Assembly: GCA_965237905.1 (NCBI GenBank)
Contig: OZ250172.1
Span: 2,144,001-2,208,000, forward strand
Direction: 5' to 3'
From: Nitrospinaceae bacterium
GTDB lineage: Bacteria; Nitrospinota; Nitrospinia; Nitrospinales; Nitrospinaceae
DNA length: 64,000 nucleotides
Shown here: positions 10,516 to 19,839 of the stretch, in pieces
How positions within the stretch are numbered: position 1 is the first letter of the stretch
Layout: every line of letters starts with the position of its first letter
Position numbers and translations under genes: made by a program
Notes under the pieces: generated by a model
The model's input: only the letters and a program-made list of their open reading frames with translations
What the model was told of the DNA's origin: nothing
Databases searched by the model: none

Positions 10516-12156
10516 ATGAAAGCGTCTGATCTTTTTGTCCGGTCTCTTGAGCAGGAAGGTGTGGAATATATTTTTGGCGTTCCGGGGGAGGAGAACCTGG
10601 ATTTGCTGGAATCATTGCGCACTTCAAAAATCCAGTTGATCCTGACGCGTCATGAACAGGGTGCGGGTTTCATGGCCGCGACCTGCGGCCGCCTGACGGG
10701 CAAGGTGGGGGTTTGTTTGGCCACGCTGGGACCGGGGGCGACCAACCTGGTGACGGCCGGGGCGTACGCGCAACTGGGCGCCATGCCGATCCTGATGATC
10801 TCCGGACAGAAACCCATCTTGAAAAGCAAACAGGGTCGATTTCAGATCATCGATGTGGTGGAGATGATGAAACCGATTACCAAATTTACCAAACAGATCG
10901 TGCATGGCAACAGTATCCCGGTGCTGGTCCGGGAAGCGGTGCGCATGGCTCAAGAAGAGCGGCCGGGTGCCGTCCATCTGGAATTGCCGGAAGATATTGC
11001 CGCTGAGGAATGTACCACCACGCCGTATGAAGTCATGCATGCCCGGCGGGCACAAGCGGATGAAGCGGTGATCCATCAAGCGGTCGCCATGATCGGTGCT
11101 GCAAAACGTCCCCTCCTGCTCATCGGTGCCGGAGCCAACCGCAACCGGACGTGCCGCGCCTTGCGTCAATTGGTCGACAATATGGGGATTTACTTTTTTA
11201 ATACGCAAATGGGCAAGGGCGTGGTCGATGAGAGGCATCCTCATTTCCTCGGAACGGCGGCACTTTCCAATCAGGATTATCTGCACTGCGCGATCGACCG
11301 CGCCGACCTGATTATCAATGTCGGCCATGACGTGATTGAAAAGCCACCGTTCTTCATGGAGGAAGGGGGATCGAAAGTCATTCACATCAATTATTTTTCG
11401 GCGCAGGTCGATGAAGTGTATTTTCCGCAAGTGGAAGTGGTGGGAGATATCGCTGGCAGCGTCGAGCGCCTCGCCACCCAACTCAAAAAAATGAAGCACT
11501 GGGATTTCGATTATTTTGAGCGGGTCAAGAAAGAGATTGAGCTTCACGTAGAGGAACGAAGCAAGGACGCGCGCTATCCCATTATCCCCCAACACCTGGT
11601 GGCACAAGTGCGGAACGCCATGCCGGACGACGGAATCATCACCCTCGACAACGGCGTTTACAAGATTTGGTTCGCCCGGAACTACAAAGCCTATTCCACC
11701 AATACGGTTCTGCTGGATAATGCGTTGGCCACCATGGGGGCGGGACTGCCCTCGGCGATGGCCGCCAAAATCGTTCACCCCAATAGAAAAGTCATGGCCA
11801 TTTGCGGCGATGGCGGGTTTATGATGAACTCCCAGGAAATGGAAACGGCGGTCCGGTTGAAACTGGACCTCGTTGTTCTCATCCTGCGTGACAACGCTTA
11901 CGGGATGATCAAATGGAAACAGGCGGGAATGGGATTTAAGGATTTCGGTCTGGATTACGGCAATCCCGATTTCGTAAAATACGCCCAGGCTTATGGTGCT
12001 GAGGGACACCGTTTGGAATCCACCGAACAACTTGCCAGTTGCCTGCAAAAATGTCTCGATGCTCCGGGGGTGCATCTCGTAGAAGTTCCCGTCGACTATT
12101 CCGAAAACGAACGGGTGTTGATCGAAGAGCTGAAAGCGAAAACCTGTATCTTATAA
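10516..12156 (+). CDS. ThDP-dependent enzyme, acetolactate-synthase-large-subunit-like (possible 2-oxoacid decarboxylase)
   Basis: FGVPGEENL, RHEQGAGF, GPGATN, ThDP motif GDGG...DNAYG; SD AGGAAAGG. Confidence 0.9.
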   Translation: MKASDLFVRSLEQEGVEYIFGVPGEENLDLLESLRTSKIQLILTRHEQGAGFMAATCGRLTGKVGVCLATLGPGATNLVTAGAYAQLGAMPILMISGQKPILKSKQGRFQIIDVVEMMKPITKFTKQIVHGNSIPVLVREAVRMAQEERPGAVHLELPEDIAAEECTTTPYEVMHARRAQADEAVIHQAVAMIGAAKRPLLLIGAGANRNRTCRALRQLVDNMGIYFFNTQMGKGVVDERHPHFLGTAALSNQDYLHCAIDRADLIINVGHDVIEKPPFFMEEGGSKVIHINYFSAQVDEVYFPQVEVVGDIAGSVERLATQLKKMKHWDFDYFERVKKEIELHVEERSKDARYPIIPQHLVAQVRNAMPDDGIITLDNGVYKIWFARNYKAYSTNTVLLDNALATMGAGLPSAMAAKIVHPNRKVMAICGDGGFMMNSQEMETAVRLKLDLVVLILRDNAYGMIKWKQAGMGFKDFGLDYGNPDFVKYAQAYGAEGHRLESTEQLASCLQKCLDAPGVHLVEVPVDYSENERVLIEELKAKTCIL

Positions 12157-12185
12157 ATTAATGTACATTCCCGCGAGGAGCTTTA

Positions 12186-13580
12186 ATGTCCGATAAACTC
12201 AAAATCCTTTCCCCGTTCGACGGTCACCTGATTTCGGAAGTCGAATGGGACGACGCCAAAAAGCTGGAGCGCATGCTTACCGCGGCCTATCGGTTGACGC
12301 AAAATCCGGACCACACGATCCCAATTCCCCAACGCACCGACATTCTTGAAAAGACTGCGAATCTTGTCGAAGCCAAAGCTGAAGAATTTGCCCGGCAAGC
12401 CGCGGAAGAAGGCGGCAAGCCGCTGATCGATTCGCGCGTCGAGCTGGACCGTGCAGTGCAGGGCATTCGGGAGGCGGCGCGCTCCATCAACCAACTGGCG
12501 GGCCGCGAGATTCCCATGAACCTGACCGCCTCGTCGATAAACCGGATGGCCACTACCCGGCGCGAACCGATCGGCGTGGTGGCGGCGGTGAGCGCGTTCA
12601 ATCATCCGTTCAACCTGATTGTGCATCAAGTGGTCCCGGCCGTAGCGGTGGGGTGCCCGGTCATTGTGAAACCGGCGACGACCACGCCGCTCTCGTGTTT
12701 CAATCTCGTCAACTGCCTGTACGCAGCCGGGCTTCCCAAAGAATGGTGTCAGATTCTGGTGAGCGATAGGGTGATTGCGGAAAAATTAGTGACCGATTCC
12801 CGCACCGCATTTTTTTCTTTCATCGGCTCCGCAAAGGTCGGTTGGCATCTGCGTTCCAAACTGGCGCCCGGAACCCGTTGCACTTTGGAACACGGCGGCG
12901 CGGCTCCTGTCATTATGGATGAAGACGCGGATGTGAAAGACGCGTTGCCGTTGCTGGCGAAGGGCGGCTTCTATCATGCCGGGCAGGTTTGTGTGTCCGT
13001 GCAACGCGTGTTTGCGCATGAATCCATCGTCGAGGCCGTGGCCGGTGGACTGACCGACCTCGCCAAAAAACTGGTGGTGGGTGATCCAACCGATGCGGCC
13101 ACGGAAGTGGGCCCTCTCATCTTGGAACGGGAAGTAGACCGTGTGGCCGAATGGGTGGAGGAGGCGCGGTCTGCCGGCGCGAAAGTGTTGACCGGCGGCA
13201 AAAAAATCGGGAGCACCTGTTATGCGCCGACGGTTTTGCTGAACCCTCCCGATCAAGTGAAAGTGTCGCGCGAGGAAATTTTCGGTCCTGTCGTTTGCGT
13301 CTATGCGTTCAAGGATCGCTTGGAGGCGATCGAGCGCGCCAATCAAATTCCCTACTCGTTTCAAGCCGCCGTGTTTACAAAAAATATCGATACCGCTCTG
13401 GACTCCGCGAAACGTTTAAACGCCGCCGCCGTGATGGTGAACGATCACACCGCCTTTCGGGTGGACTGGATGCCGTTCGCGGGACGCAATACCTCGGGCT
13501 TGGGGGTAGGCGGCATCCTGCCGACGATGGAGGAGATGACCGAAGAAAAAATGATTGTGTTCCGGTCGCCCGGTATTTAA
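12186..13580 (+). CDS. Aldehyde dehydrogenase family protein
   Basis: FNHP, KPA, FIGS, LEHGG, GQVCVS (catalytic Cys), EEIFGPV. Confidence 0.93.
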   Translation: MSDKLKILSPFDGHLISEVEWDDAKKLERMLTAAYRLTQNPDHTIPIPQRTDILEKTANLVEAKAEEFARQAAEEGGKPLIDSRVELDRAVQGIREAARSINQLAGREIPMNLTASSINRMATTRREPIGVVAAVSAFNHPFNLIVHQVVPAVAVGCPVIVKPATTTPLSCFNLVNCLYAAGLPKEWCQILVSDRVIAEKLVTDSRTAFFSFIGSAKVGWHLRSKLAPGTRCTLEHGGAAPVIMDEDADVKDALPLLAKGGFYHAGQVCVSVQRVFAHESIVEAVAGGLTDLAKKLVVGDPTDAATEVGPLILEREVDRVAEWVEEARSAGAKVLTGGKKIGSTCYAPTVLLNPPDQVKVSREEIFGPVVCVYAFKDRLEAIERANQIPYSFQAAVFTKNIDTALDSAKRLNAAAVMVNDHTAFRVDWMPFAGRNTSGLGVGGILPTMEEMTEEKMIVFRSPGI

Positions 13581-13602
13581 TCCTAATAAAAAGGATCTGT
13601 TT

Positions 13603-14058
13603 ATGAATAAGGAAAAACTGGAACCACTCGCCAAGGATTTAAGAAAGGGGCCCCCGCGAAGTCCGAGAGAAGTTTTGGGCGGCTACGTCATTCTCGCCCG
13701 CTGTCTGGACAAATGCCGCGCGTTCCTATTGGGAATGAATGGGGAATACAATTACTGGTACTGCTCGTTGTGCGATCAGCTGGAACAATTTTCCGGAGTC
13801 GACCACGATCTCATGAAAGAATTTGTGGCAACGGGAGTGACCGATGAAGAAGTCGCGGAATGGTTCAGGGAGCAATCCAAAATCAAAGACCCTATGGAGG
13901 TCATCCGCTGGAACAATAAAATGCGGGGCATGCGGTTGAGCGAAATGTCGAACGAGGGGCAGGAATATCTGGAGGGATATATCCTGGAATACCTTCCGTC
14001 GCACCCACCCGTTTATGTCTGGTTCGACGTCTATGATGTGGAGGAGGGCCGGTTGTAG
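13603..14058 (+). CDS. DUF5069-like protein
   Basis: DLRKGPPRSPREVLGGYVILARCLDKCRA...GEY; C-terminal WFDVYDVEEGR. Confidence 0.75.
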   Translation: MNKEKLEPLAKDLRKGPPRSPREVLGGYVILARCLDKCRAFLLGMNGEYNYWYCSLCDQLEQFSGVDHDLMKEFVATGVTDEEVAEWFREQSKIKDPMEVIRWNNKMRGMRLSEMSNEGQEYLEGYILEYLPSHPPVYVWFDVYDVEEGRL

Positions 14059-14114
14059 CCTACTGGAACGATTTCTTCTGCAATTTCGAAAATGTCCCAC
14101 ATAAAGATAAAAAG

Positions 14115-14444
14115 TTAAACGCAAAACTTAAATGCGTGTTCTACAGAATAGTTTATATAAGAGGAAACATGGTAGGTGTCTCCTGTTTCATAAATGATTT
14201 TTATCACGGTACTATCAGGCCATCGCTTAGGATCATTTTCCAATAATTTTAGTATTGTTTGGGATACTGCATGCTGGATTTCATTAATACCGCGCATTTT
14301 TTCTCCGTAAGCAATCTCATTTGAATCAGCTTCGTAAGTATCCCGCCCCATTATTGTCAGCTCGTAGCTCAATAGGACCAGAAAGCGTATTTGTATTTCC
14401 AATGAGAGTGTGGAGTAAAGTTTTATGGTTTCCGAACAATTCAT
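14115..14444 (-). CDS. Hypothetical protein (AT-rich)
   Basis: 109-aa ORF with protein-like composition. Confidence 0.6.
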   Translation of the reverse strand: MNCSETIKLYSTLSLEIQIRFLVLLSYELTIMGRDTYEADSNEIAYGEKMRGINEIQHAVSQTILKLLENDPKRWPDSTVIKIIYETGDTYHVSSYINYSVEHAFKFCV

Positions 14445-14477
14445 ATCCTATTAAACCTTCATTATAAGAATAAATAA

Positions 14478-14741
14478 TTAACCTGCAGAGCCCAAAGCAA
14501 AAAAAGCCGCCTCTCCGAGATAAAGCAGTCCCGCCACACCTATCCTGACTCTATTTAAAACTTTTCTTGGGCTTTCATCACGGCTGAATAGCAGAGGGAT
14601 GCCCAAAAGAAACATCGCGAGGAGTATGAAAACGAGCCCAGTTATTGCATCAAAGACAGACTTAAAAAGATAAAGGGGTACTAAAAGGAGTGCCCATAGG
14701 ATTGGGGACAATAAAACATAGAACTCTTTAAAGAGTTTCAT
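14478..14741 (-). CDS. Small hypothetical membrane protein (about 3 TM)
   Basis: 87-aa hydrophobic ORF co-oriented with its neighbours. Confidence 0.55.
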   Translation of the reverse strand: MKLFKEFYVLLSPILWALLLVPLYLFKSVFDAITGLVFILLAMFLLGIPLLFSRDESPRKVLNRVRIGVAGLLYLGEAAFFALGSAG

Positions 14742-14753
14742 TTGCTTGAATGG

Positions 14754-16061
14754 TTAATTGGTCGTTTCGAGCCAGGAACATCTTTTCCGGACTAACGCAG
14801 AAGTTCCCAGATGCCCGATGCCATGGGCAATCAACTGTATGACTCTTTGATCATTATCATAGCCGTTATGTGCCTCGCCGGGGCTGGCGATATCTCCCAG
14901 TCCCAGCACAGAGACGACTTTGGCCACGTTGATGCTGATATTCGTCATTTTCGGGCAGATTCGGGGATCCATTTTTTCCCGCGCAAACTTGGGGGGGATC
15001 TCATAACTCAAGAGGTCGTTCGGGTCGCTGAAGGCTAAAATATGCAGTTCCTTGAATAGCCGGTCGTTGTGTTTGTTACCGTCAGGTCGGCAATACTGGT
15101 TGATCTGACCCGTCACTTTCGGTTTGTCCCGTCCCAATTGCAGAAGGGGTAATTGGTTGGCCAGCATGATGATCGGGATCTTTTTATTCTTGAGCGCTTT
15201 CAGCATGTTCACCACTTGCGGGGGTTCATTGAATTCGCCCTCATTCGAGGTTTCTCCTGCAATCTCCTGCAGGGAATCAATAATGATTCGGCTTCCCAGG
15301 CTGTGAGTCACTACCGCGTAATCATCTTCCTGAATTTCTTTGTGCAACGATCGGACTCTGGAATTGCAAAATTTTTTCTGACGCGGCTGGAGATCTCTCC
15401 AATCGCCATGAAACATCCAGCAAAAGGATTGAACGACCGAGGCAATAATTTTAGAACGGCTGTTTCCCTGATAGATCATAGGGTCGGGTACATGGGAGTT
15501 GATAAACTCCTTCATGATTTTGTTAATGTCCGCTCTTTTGTAGCTGTACTTCTCTGAGCCGTCGTATTCAATTTCCCGTTTTTCCGCCTGGCTGATTTCA
15601 GACCAGGTGAGCTCATAGAAAAGCAATTCCCGGGTTCGATTTTTGTTGAAAAATCGGTGCACCGCCAGATGACCCAAAGGTTCATTGCCAAAGGCCGGGT
15701 CCGCCAGGTTAATTTCTTTGACTATTTCCTCAGTGACATTCAATTGAAGCCTGCGTGTCAGATGGGTGGAAAACCGGGTTGAATAACCCGGGAGATGATG
15801 CCCAATGCCATGGATCATTAAAATTTTCGTTGTGGGGCGATCCTTTGATCTATCTGCAGGAGAAATGAGTTCTCCCTGATTCTTCATAAAGGATTCCAGT
15901 CCCCGAAACGCGGGTCCATTGACATCGCAGGCCCGGGTATCTTTTTTATTGTCCTCTCTTTCGAATATTGATTCGGCGATGCCCTTGCTAATGCTGGCAC
16001 AGCCCGACAAATACAAAGAGAGGATTGCCAGCAATAGAATTCGTATAAAAAAAGGAGTCAT
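14754..16061 (-). CDS. Lipoprotein with alpha/beta-hydrolase-like motifs
   Basis: Lipobox LSGC; HGIG, THSLG nucleophile elbow, DPNDLLSY, AH. Confidence 0.7.
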   Translation of the reverse strand: MTPFFIRILLLAILSLYLSGCASISKGIAESIFEREDNKKDTRACDVNGPAFRGLESFMKNQGELISPADRSKDRPTTKILMIHGIGHHLPGYSTRFSTHLTRRLQLNVTEEIVKEINLADPAFGNEPLGHLAVHRFFNKNRTRELLFYELTWSEISQAEKREIEYDGSEKYSYKRADINKIMKEFINSHVPDPMIYQGNSRSKIIASVVQSFCWMFHGDWRDLQPRQKKFCNSRVRSLHKEIQEDDYAVVTHSLGSRIIIDSLQEIAGETSNEGEFNEPPQVVNMLKALKNKKIPIIMLANQLPLLQLGRDKPKVTGQINQYCRPDGNKHNDRLFKELHILAFSDPNDLLSYEIPPKFAREKMDPRICPKMTNISINVAKVVSVLGLGDIASPGEAHNGYDNDQRVIQLIAHGIGHLGTSALVRKRCSWLETTN

Positions 16062-16278
16062 GCGTAATCCTGTTCATCCATGTTGATGTGCAAAATACGG
16101 ATCCTGTTCGATTAACGATATGAAATAGTATAACCGCTCTGCTGCGGTATTTATCTATTTTAAAATAGTTCCACAAAGAAAAATCCGTCCCAAAAGAAGT
16201 AAAAAAGCTTCACGATTGCCCTTTTAGAGTGAGTGGGCGGTCCTGATGGTTTTCGTTATTGTAGAAAAGAAGTAAGGG

Positions 16279-17280
16279 TTAAGAGCCGTGATAAAGCTCG
16301 AGGATGGTTGGGACGTGGGTTTGGAAATGGGCGGGCATGCGGCCGCCGAGATGGGTCACCACCTGCGCCGCGCAGTAGGAACCGAGAATTGCCGATTTTT
16401 TCAGACCATGATTGTGGATGAGTCCGTGTAGAGATCCGGCGGCATAGAGATCGCCCGCGCCGGTGGTGTCGACCGCCTTCACTGTAAACGGGTCGATATG
16501 AATTTTGGCGTGTTGCGAGTTGGCGGCCCATGATCCTTCGGCACCGCGCGTCATGAACAGGGTATCGACCATTCCCTTCAATTCGGCGAAGGCCTCCTCG
16601 TCTTTTTCCTCGCCGGTCATGGCTCGCGCTTCAATGTTGTTGCAGAACAGGATGTCCACCTTCCAGCGAATGAAATCGATCAATGATTCCTTGTAGGTGT
16701 TGACGACGAACGCGTCGCTCAAAGTAAAAGCGACGGGCACACCGGCCTGGCGCGCGGCATCGGCCATTTTGAGTGCGGCGTCGCGGGTTTCGTCACCCGT
16801 CCACAGGTAGCCTTCGATGTATACGGTTCGTGCTTCCTTGACGATGGTATCGTCCACGTTGTCGGGATGCAGTTGTGACGAGATACCGAGGTGTGTGAGC
16901 ATGGTGCGTTCGCTATCCGGGGTAATGAGGATCAGGCAGGTGCCGGTGCCATCGGTCTTCGCGTCCGGACCGGGAAACCCGACGCCGCAGTCTTTCATGT
17001 CGTCCGTGTAATGTTTGCCGAAGGAGTCGTCGGCGACACGTCCCAGGTAATACCCTTTGCCGCCGAGTGCGGAGAAGCCGTGGATGGTGTTGGCGGCGGA
17101 CCCGCCGGAGGCGATCTTCTGCGTGTGGTTGGAAATTTGCGACAGAATCTGGTCCTGATTTTCCTTGGTGGACAAGGTCATGCCGCCCTTGGTGACTTCC
17201 AGAGTGCGTACCAGGTCGTCCGAGACCTGCACTTCGATATCCACCAGCGCGTTGCCGATACCCACCAGATCGTAGCTCAT
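16279..17280 (-). CDS. PfkB-family kinase (adenosine kinase-like)
   Basis: GIGNALVD, GGSAANT, ERTMLTHLG, IEGYLW, DTTGAGDLYAAG. Confidence 0.92.
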   Translation of the reverse strand: MSYDLVGIGNALVDIEVQVSDDLVRTLEVTKGGMTLSTKENQDQILSQISNHTQKIASGGSAANTIHGFSALGGKGYYLGRVADDSFGKHYTDDMKDCGVGFPGPDAKTDGTGTCLILITPDSERTMLTHLGISSQLHPDNVDDTIVKEARTVYIEGYLWTGDETRDAALKMADAARQAGVPVAFTLSDAFVVNTYKESLIDFIRWKVDILFCNNIEARAMTGEEKDEEAFAELKGMVDTLFMTRGAEGSWAANSQHAKIHIDPFTVKAVDTTGAGDLYAAGSLHGLIHNHGLKKSAILGSYCAAQVVTHLGGRMPAHFQTHVPTILELYHGS

Positions 17281-17438
17281 AAGTATTTCCAGTATTGAGA
17301 AAGGGTGATTTAAAAGTTTCCTGACCTTATAAAAATAGCTCCGTCAGGACATCTTGGTCAAGAGTAGTGACGAAAGGATACGGCGTGTGACGGAAATTGT
17401 CAATTGCATTGAAATTGTTACGCTTGTACAATTTAAAG

Positions 17439-18983
17439 ATGCACTTCACTTCGATTAAAAAACAACTCTTCCTCTCTGTTCTCGCTTTGGCGTTATTTTT
17501 GACGCCGGGGTTCGGGCTGGCCGAGGATTATGAGACGGACGCCGACCCCGCTATCGAAAATTTTCGTAACGCGGTCGATTCGATTTTAACGCAGTCCTGT
17601 CACAGGGGACTGCGCGTCGGTGCCAAGTTCTATTCGCTGGATCGCCAGCAGGTGATCTACGCCCGCAACAGCGACAGCCTGTTCACGCCTGCGTCCAACA
17701 TGAAAATGTTCACCTCCGCCATGGCGCTCAAAAAAGTGGGGCCGGATTACCGTTTTCATACCCGTCTGTACACCAACGGCAGAATTCAGGGGACGACACT
17801 CAAGGGCGATTTATACATCAAAGGCTTTGGCGATCCCAGCCTGGTAACGGAGCAGATGTGGATTCTGGTAAACGAGTTGAAGAATTTGTCCATCACCAAA
17901 ATCGAAGGGAACATCATAGCGGACAACAGTTATTTCGACGGGCAGGGCAAGTTGAAAACCTGGACCTCCTACAAGGGTCCCGAGGCCTACCTCGCGCCGA
18001 CCGGGGCGTTGTCGTTCAACTTCAATACCGTGACGGTTTATGTGGAGCCGGGGAAAAAACCGGGGAACAGGCCACGCGTGGTGGTGGACCCGGATATCGA
18101 ATATTTCCGCGTCAGAAATAAAGCGGTAACCACCGTGAACAAACGGAGCCGGAGGAAATTGATCGTTAACCGCCTGGAACGCAAAAATCATGACGAGATC
18201 GTCATCAAGGGACGGCTTCCCAAAAATGTGGCCCGCAAGAAATTTTATCTGAACGTCACCGATCCGCAGAGGTACACGGCGCTGGCCTTCAAAAGGTTTC
18301 TCCATCAAGCTGGGGTGCGGGTGACTGGTAAAGTGAAGAAGGGCCTGGTGCCCGAAGGCGCCAGGATGGTGTTGGACCACGAATCGCCGCCGCTAGGGCA
18401 GATTTTGCGCGGCCTCAACAAGTTCAGCAACAACTTCATCGCCGAGCAGATTCTTAAAACTCTGGCGGCTCAATTTATCAGCGAACCGGGAACCACGGAA
18501 AATGGCGTCCTGTTACTGCAGGACTACATGCAGGAACTCGGCTTCACCCCCGATCAGTACCGTATGGTCGATGGCTCCGGCCTATCCAAGACCAACCTGG
18601 TCACTCCCGATCAGGTGATCGCGCTGTTGGAAGACGCGCACTCCGATCTCAGTATTTTCCCCGAGTTTATTTCCGCGCTGGGTGTGATGGGCCTCGATGG
18701 CAGTGTGATCGACCGCATGGACCACAAGAAGGAAGCCCAGAAGATTCGCGTGAAAACGGGAACACTCAACCACGTCAGCGCGTTGTCCGGATACTTTCAA
18801 TCACAGGACGGCGAACGGTTCGCGTTTTCGATTCTGTTGAACGATGTGAAGTGTTCCAACGGCAAGGCGATGAAACTGCAAGATGAGATTATGGAGATGG
18901 CTTTGAAATTTCAGCGGGAGGAAAGCGCTGAAGAAGAGGAGCCCCAGATTCAGTTTGGCGGGGGAATTCTGACGCAGGATTAG
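17439..18983 (+). CDS. dacB: D-Ala-D-Ala carboxypeptidase/endopeptidase (PBP4, S13)
   Basis: PASNMK (SxxK), SNN, DGSGLS, KTGTL; signal peptide. Confidence 0.93.
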   Translation: MHFTSIKKQLFLSVLALALFLTPGFGLAEDYETDADPAIENFRNAVDSILTQSCHRGLRVGAKFYSLDRQQVIYARNSDSLFTPASNMKMFTSAMALKKVGPDYRFHTRLYTNGRIQGTTLKGDLYIKGFGDPSLVTEQMWILVNELKNLSITKIEGNIIADNSYFDGQGKLKTWTSYKGPEAYLAPTGALSFNFNTVTVYVEPGKKPGNRPRVVVDPDIEYFRVRNKAVTTVNKRSRRKLIVNRLERKNHDEIVIKGRLPKNVARKKFYLNVTDPQRYTALAFKRFLHQAGVRVTGKVKKGLVPEGARMVLDHESPPLGQILRGLNKFSNNFIAEQILKTLAAQFISEPGTTENGVLLLQDYMQELGFTPDQYRMVDGSGLSKTNLVTPDQVIALLEDAHSDLSIFPEFISALGVMGLDGSVIDRMDHKKEAQKIRVKTGTLNHVSALSGYFQSQDGERFAFSILLNDVKCSNGKAMKLQDEIMEMALKFQREESAEEEEPQIQFGGGILTQD

Positions 18984-19795
18984 TCCCTAAAAATTTTCTG
19001 ATTTTCTTTCCGGTCTTCCTCGAGTATTTTGTTCCAGTCGCGTTTGATGCGCGGCGCATCCTGAAAATCCTGATAAATTCCCCGGGCCAACTCCAGCCGG
19101 TCCACCCCTTCCGGTGCCACCTGGATGTCCAACTGCGCCAGCCCCATATCAAAATCCCGGTTCAGCAGGGACTCGGGATCCATGTCGTACTCCTTTAATG
19201 CCTGCTTGACCATTCCCGGTTCGGAACGAAAACGCTTCGCCACTTCGTTGATGTTGGCCGTGCGGTATCCTTTATCCGTGGTGATGCCCAGATGATAAGC
19301 ACAGAACAACTCGAACGGATCAATGTTGCCGACCTGCTTGCCGCTCTCGCGGGGAGCCGAATTACTCTGGGTTGGGGCCGTCTTTTGGACGGCAGCATCG
19401 TTGTTGGGACGGGAATGGGGTTTGTTCCGCGTTTGATTTCGGTTGGGTTTGCCTGATCGGTTTTTGCTGTTAGACGGTTTGTTCTTTCCGCGCGAGCCGG
19501 CGCCACTTTTGTTTTCGTTCTTCTTTGCTTTTGGATCCCACTGGTTTCTTTTAACCGTTGGCATATGGGAACTCAAGGTGCTGGTGTCCGAAGCCCAGGC
19601 CTGGGAGATTTCGTTTCGGCTTTTGCTACGGGACGAGGAATTGCGCTGGCCGTTGGCGGATCCCTGTCCGTTGCGCTGGCTATTGGAGGAGGAGGTTTTC
19701 TGACCGTTGCCGCCCCGCTGATCGTTTTTACCGGTGGGTCTGCGGTTCTTCTGGCCCCGGCGTTGTGAAGAATTGGATTGACCTGGATTTCTCAA
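18980..19795 (-). CDS. Hypothetical protein: long basic low-complexity N-terminus plus compact C-terminal domain
   Basis: TTG start with AAAGGA SD; N/S/R/Q/K/G-rich first ~155 aa; C-terminal DPFELFCAYHLGI domain. Confidence 0.75.
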   Translation of the reverse strand: MRNPGQSNSSQRRGQKNRRPTGKNDQRGGNGQKTSSSNSQRNGQGSANGQRNSSSRSKSRNEISQAWASDTSTLSSHMPTVKRNQWDPKAKKNENKSGAGSRGKNKPSNSKNRSGKPNRNQTRNKPHSRPNNDAAVQKTAPTQSNSAPRESGKQVGNIDPFELFCAYHLGITTDKGYRTANINEVAKRFRSEPGMVKQALKEYDMDPESLLNRDFDMGLAQLDIQVAPEGVDRLELARGIYQDFQDAPRIKRDWNKILEEDRKENQKIFRD

Positions 19796-19839
19796 AATAA
19801 ATTCCTTTATAAAATATAAAAATGAAAACTAAACGGCTC

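Noticed and set aside
10516..12156. Naming this gene ilvB/ilvI
   Set aside because: No regulatory subunit or ilv context, and the ALDH pairing suggests a different activity
14060..14480. Integron attC sites after the small AT-rich genes
   Set aside because: One GTTTAAC sits at a stop codon, but there is no complementary GTTRRRY box, no repetition and no intI
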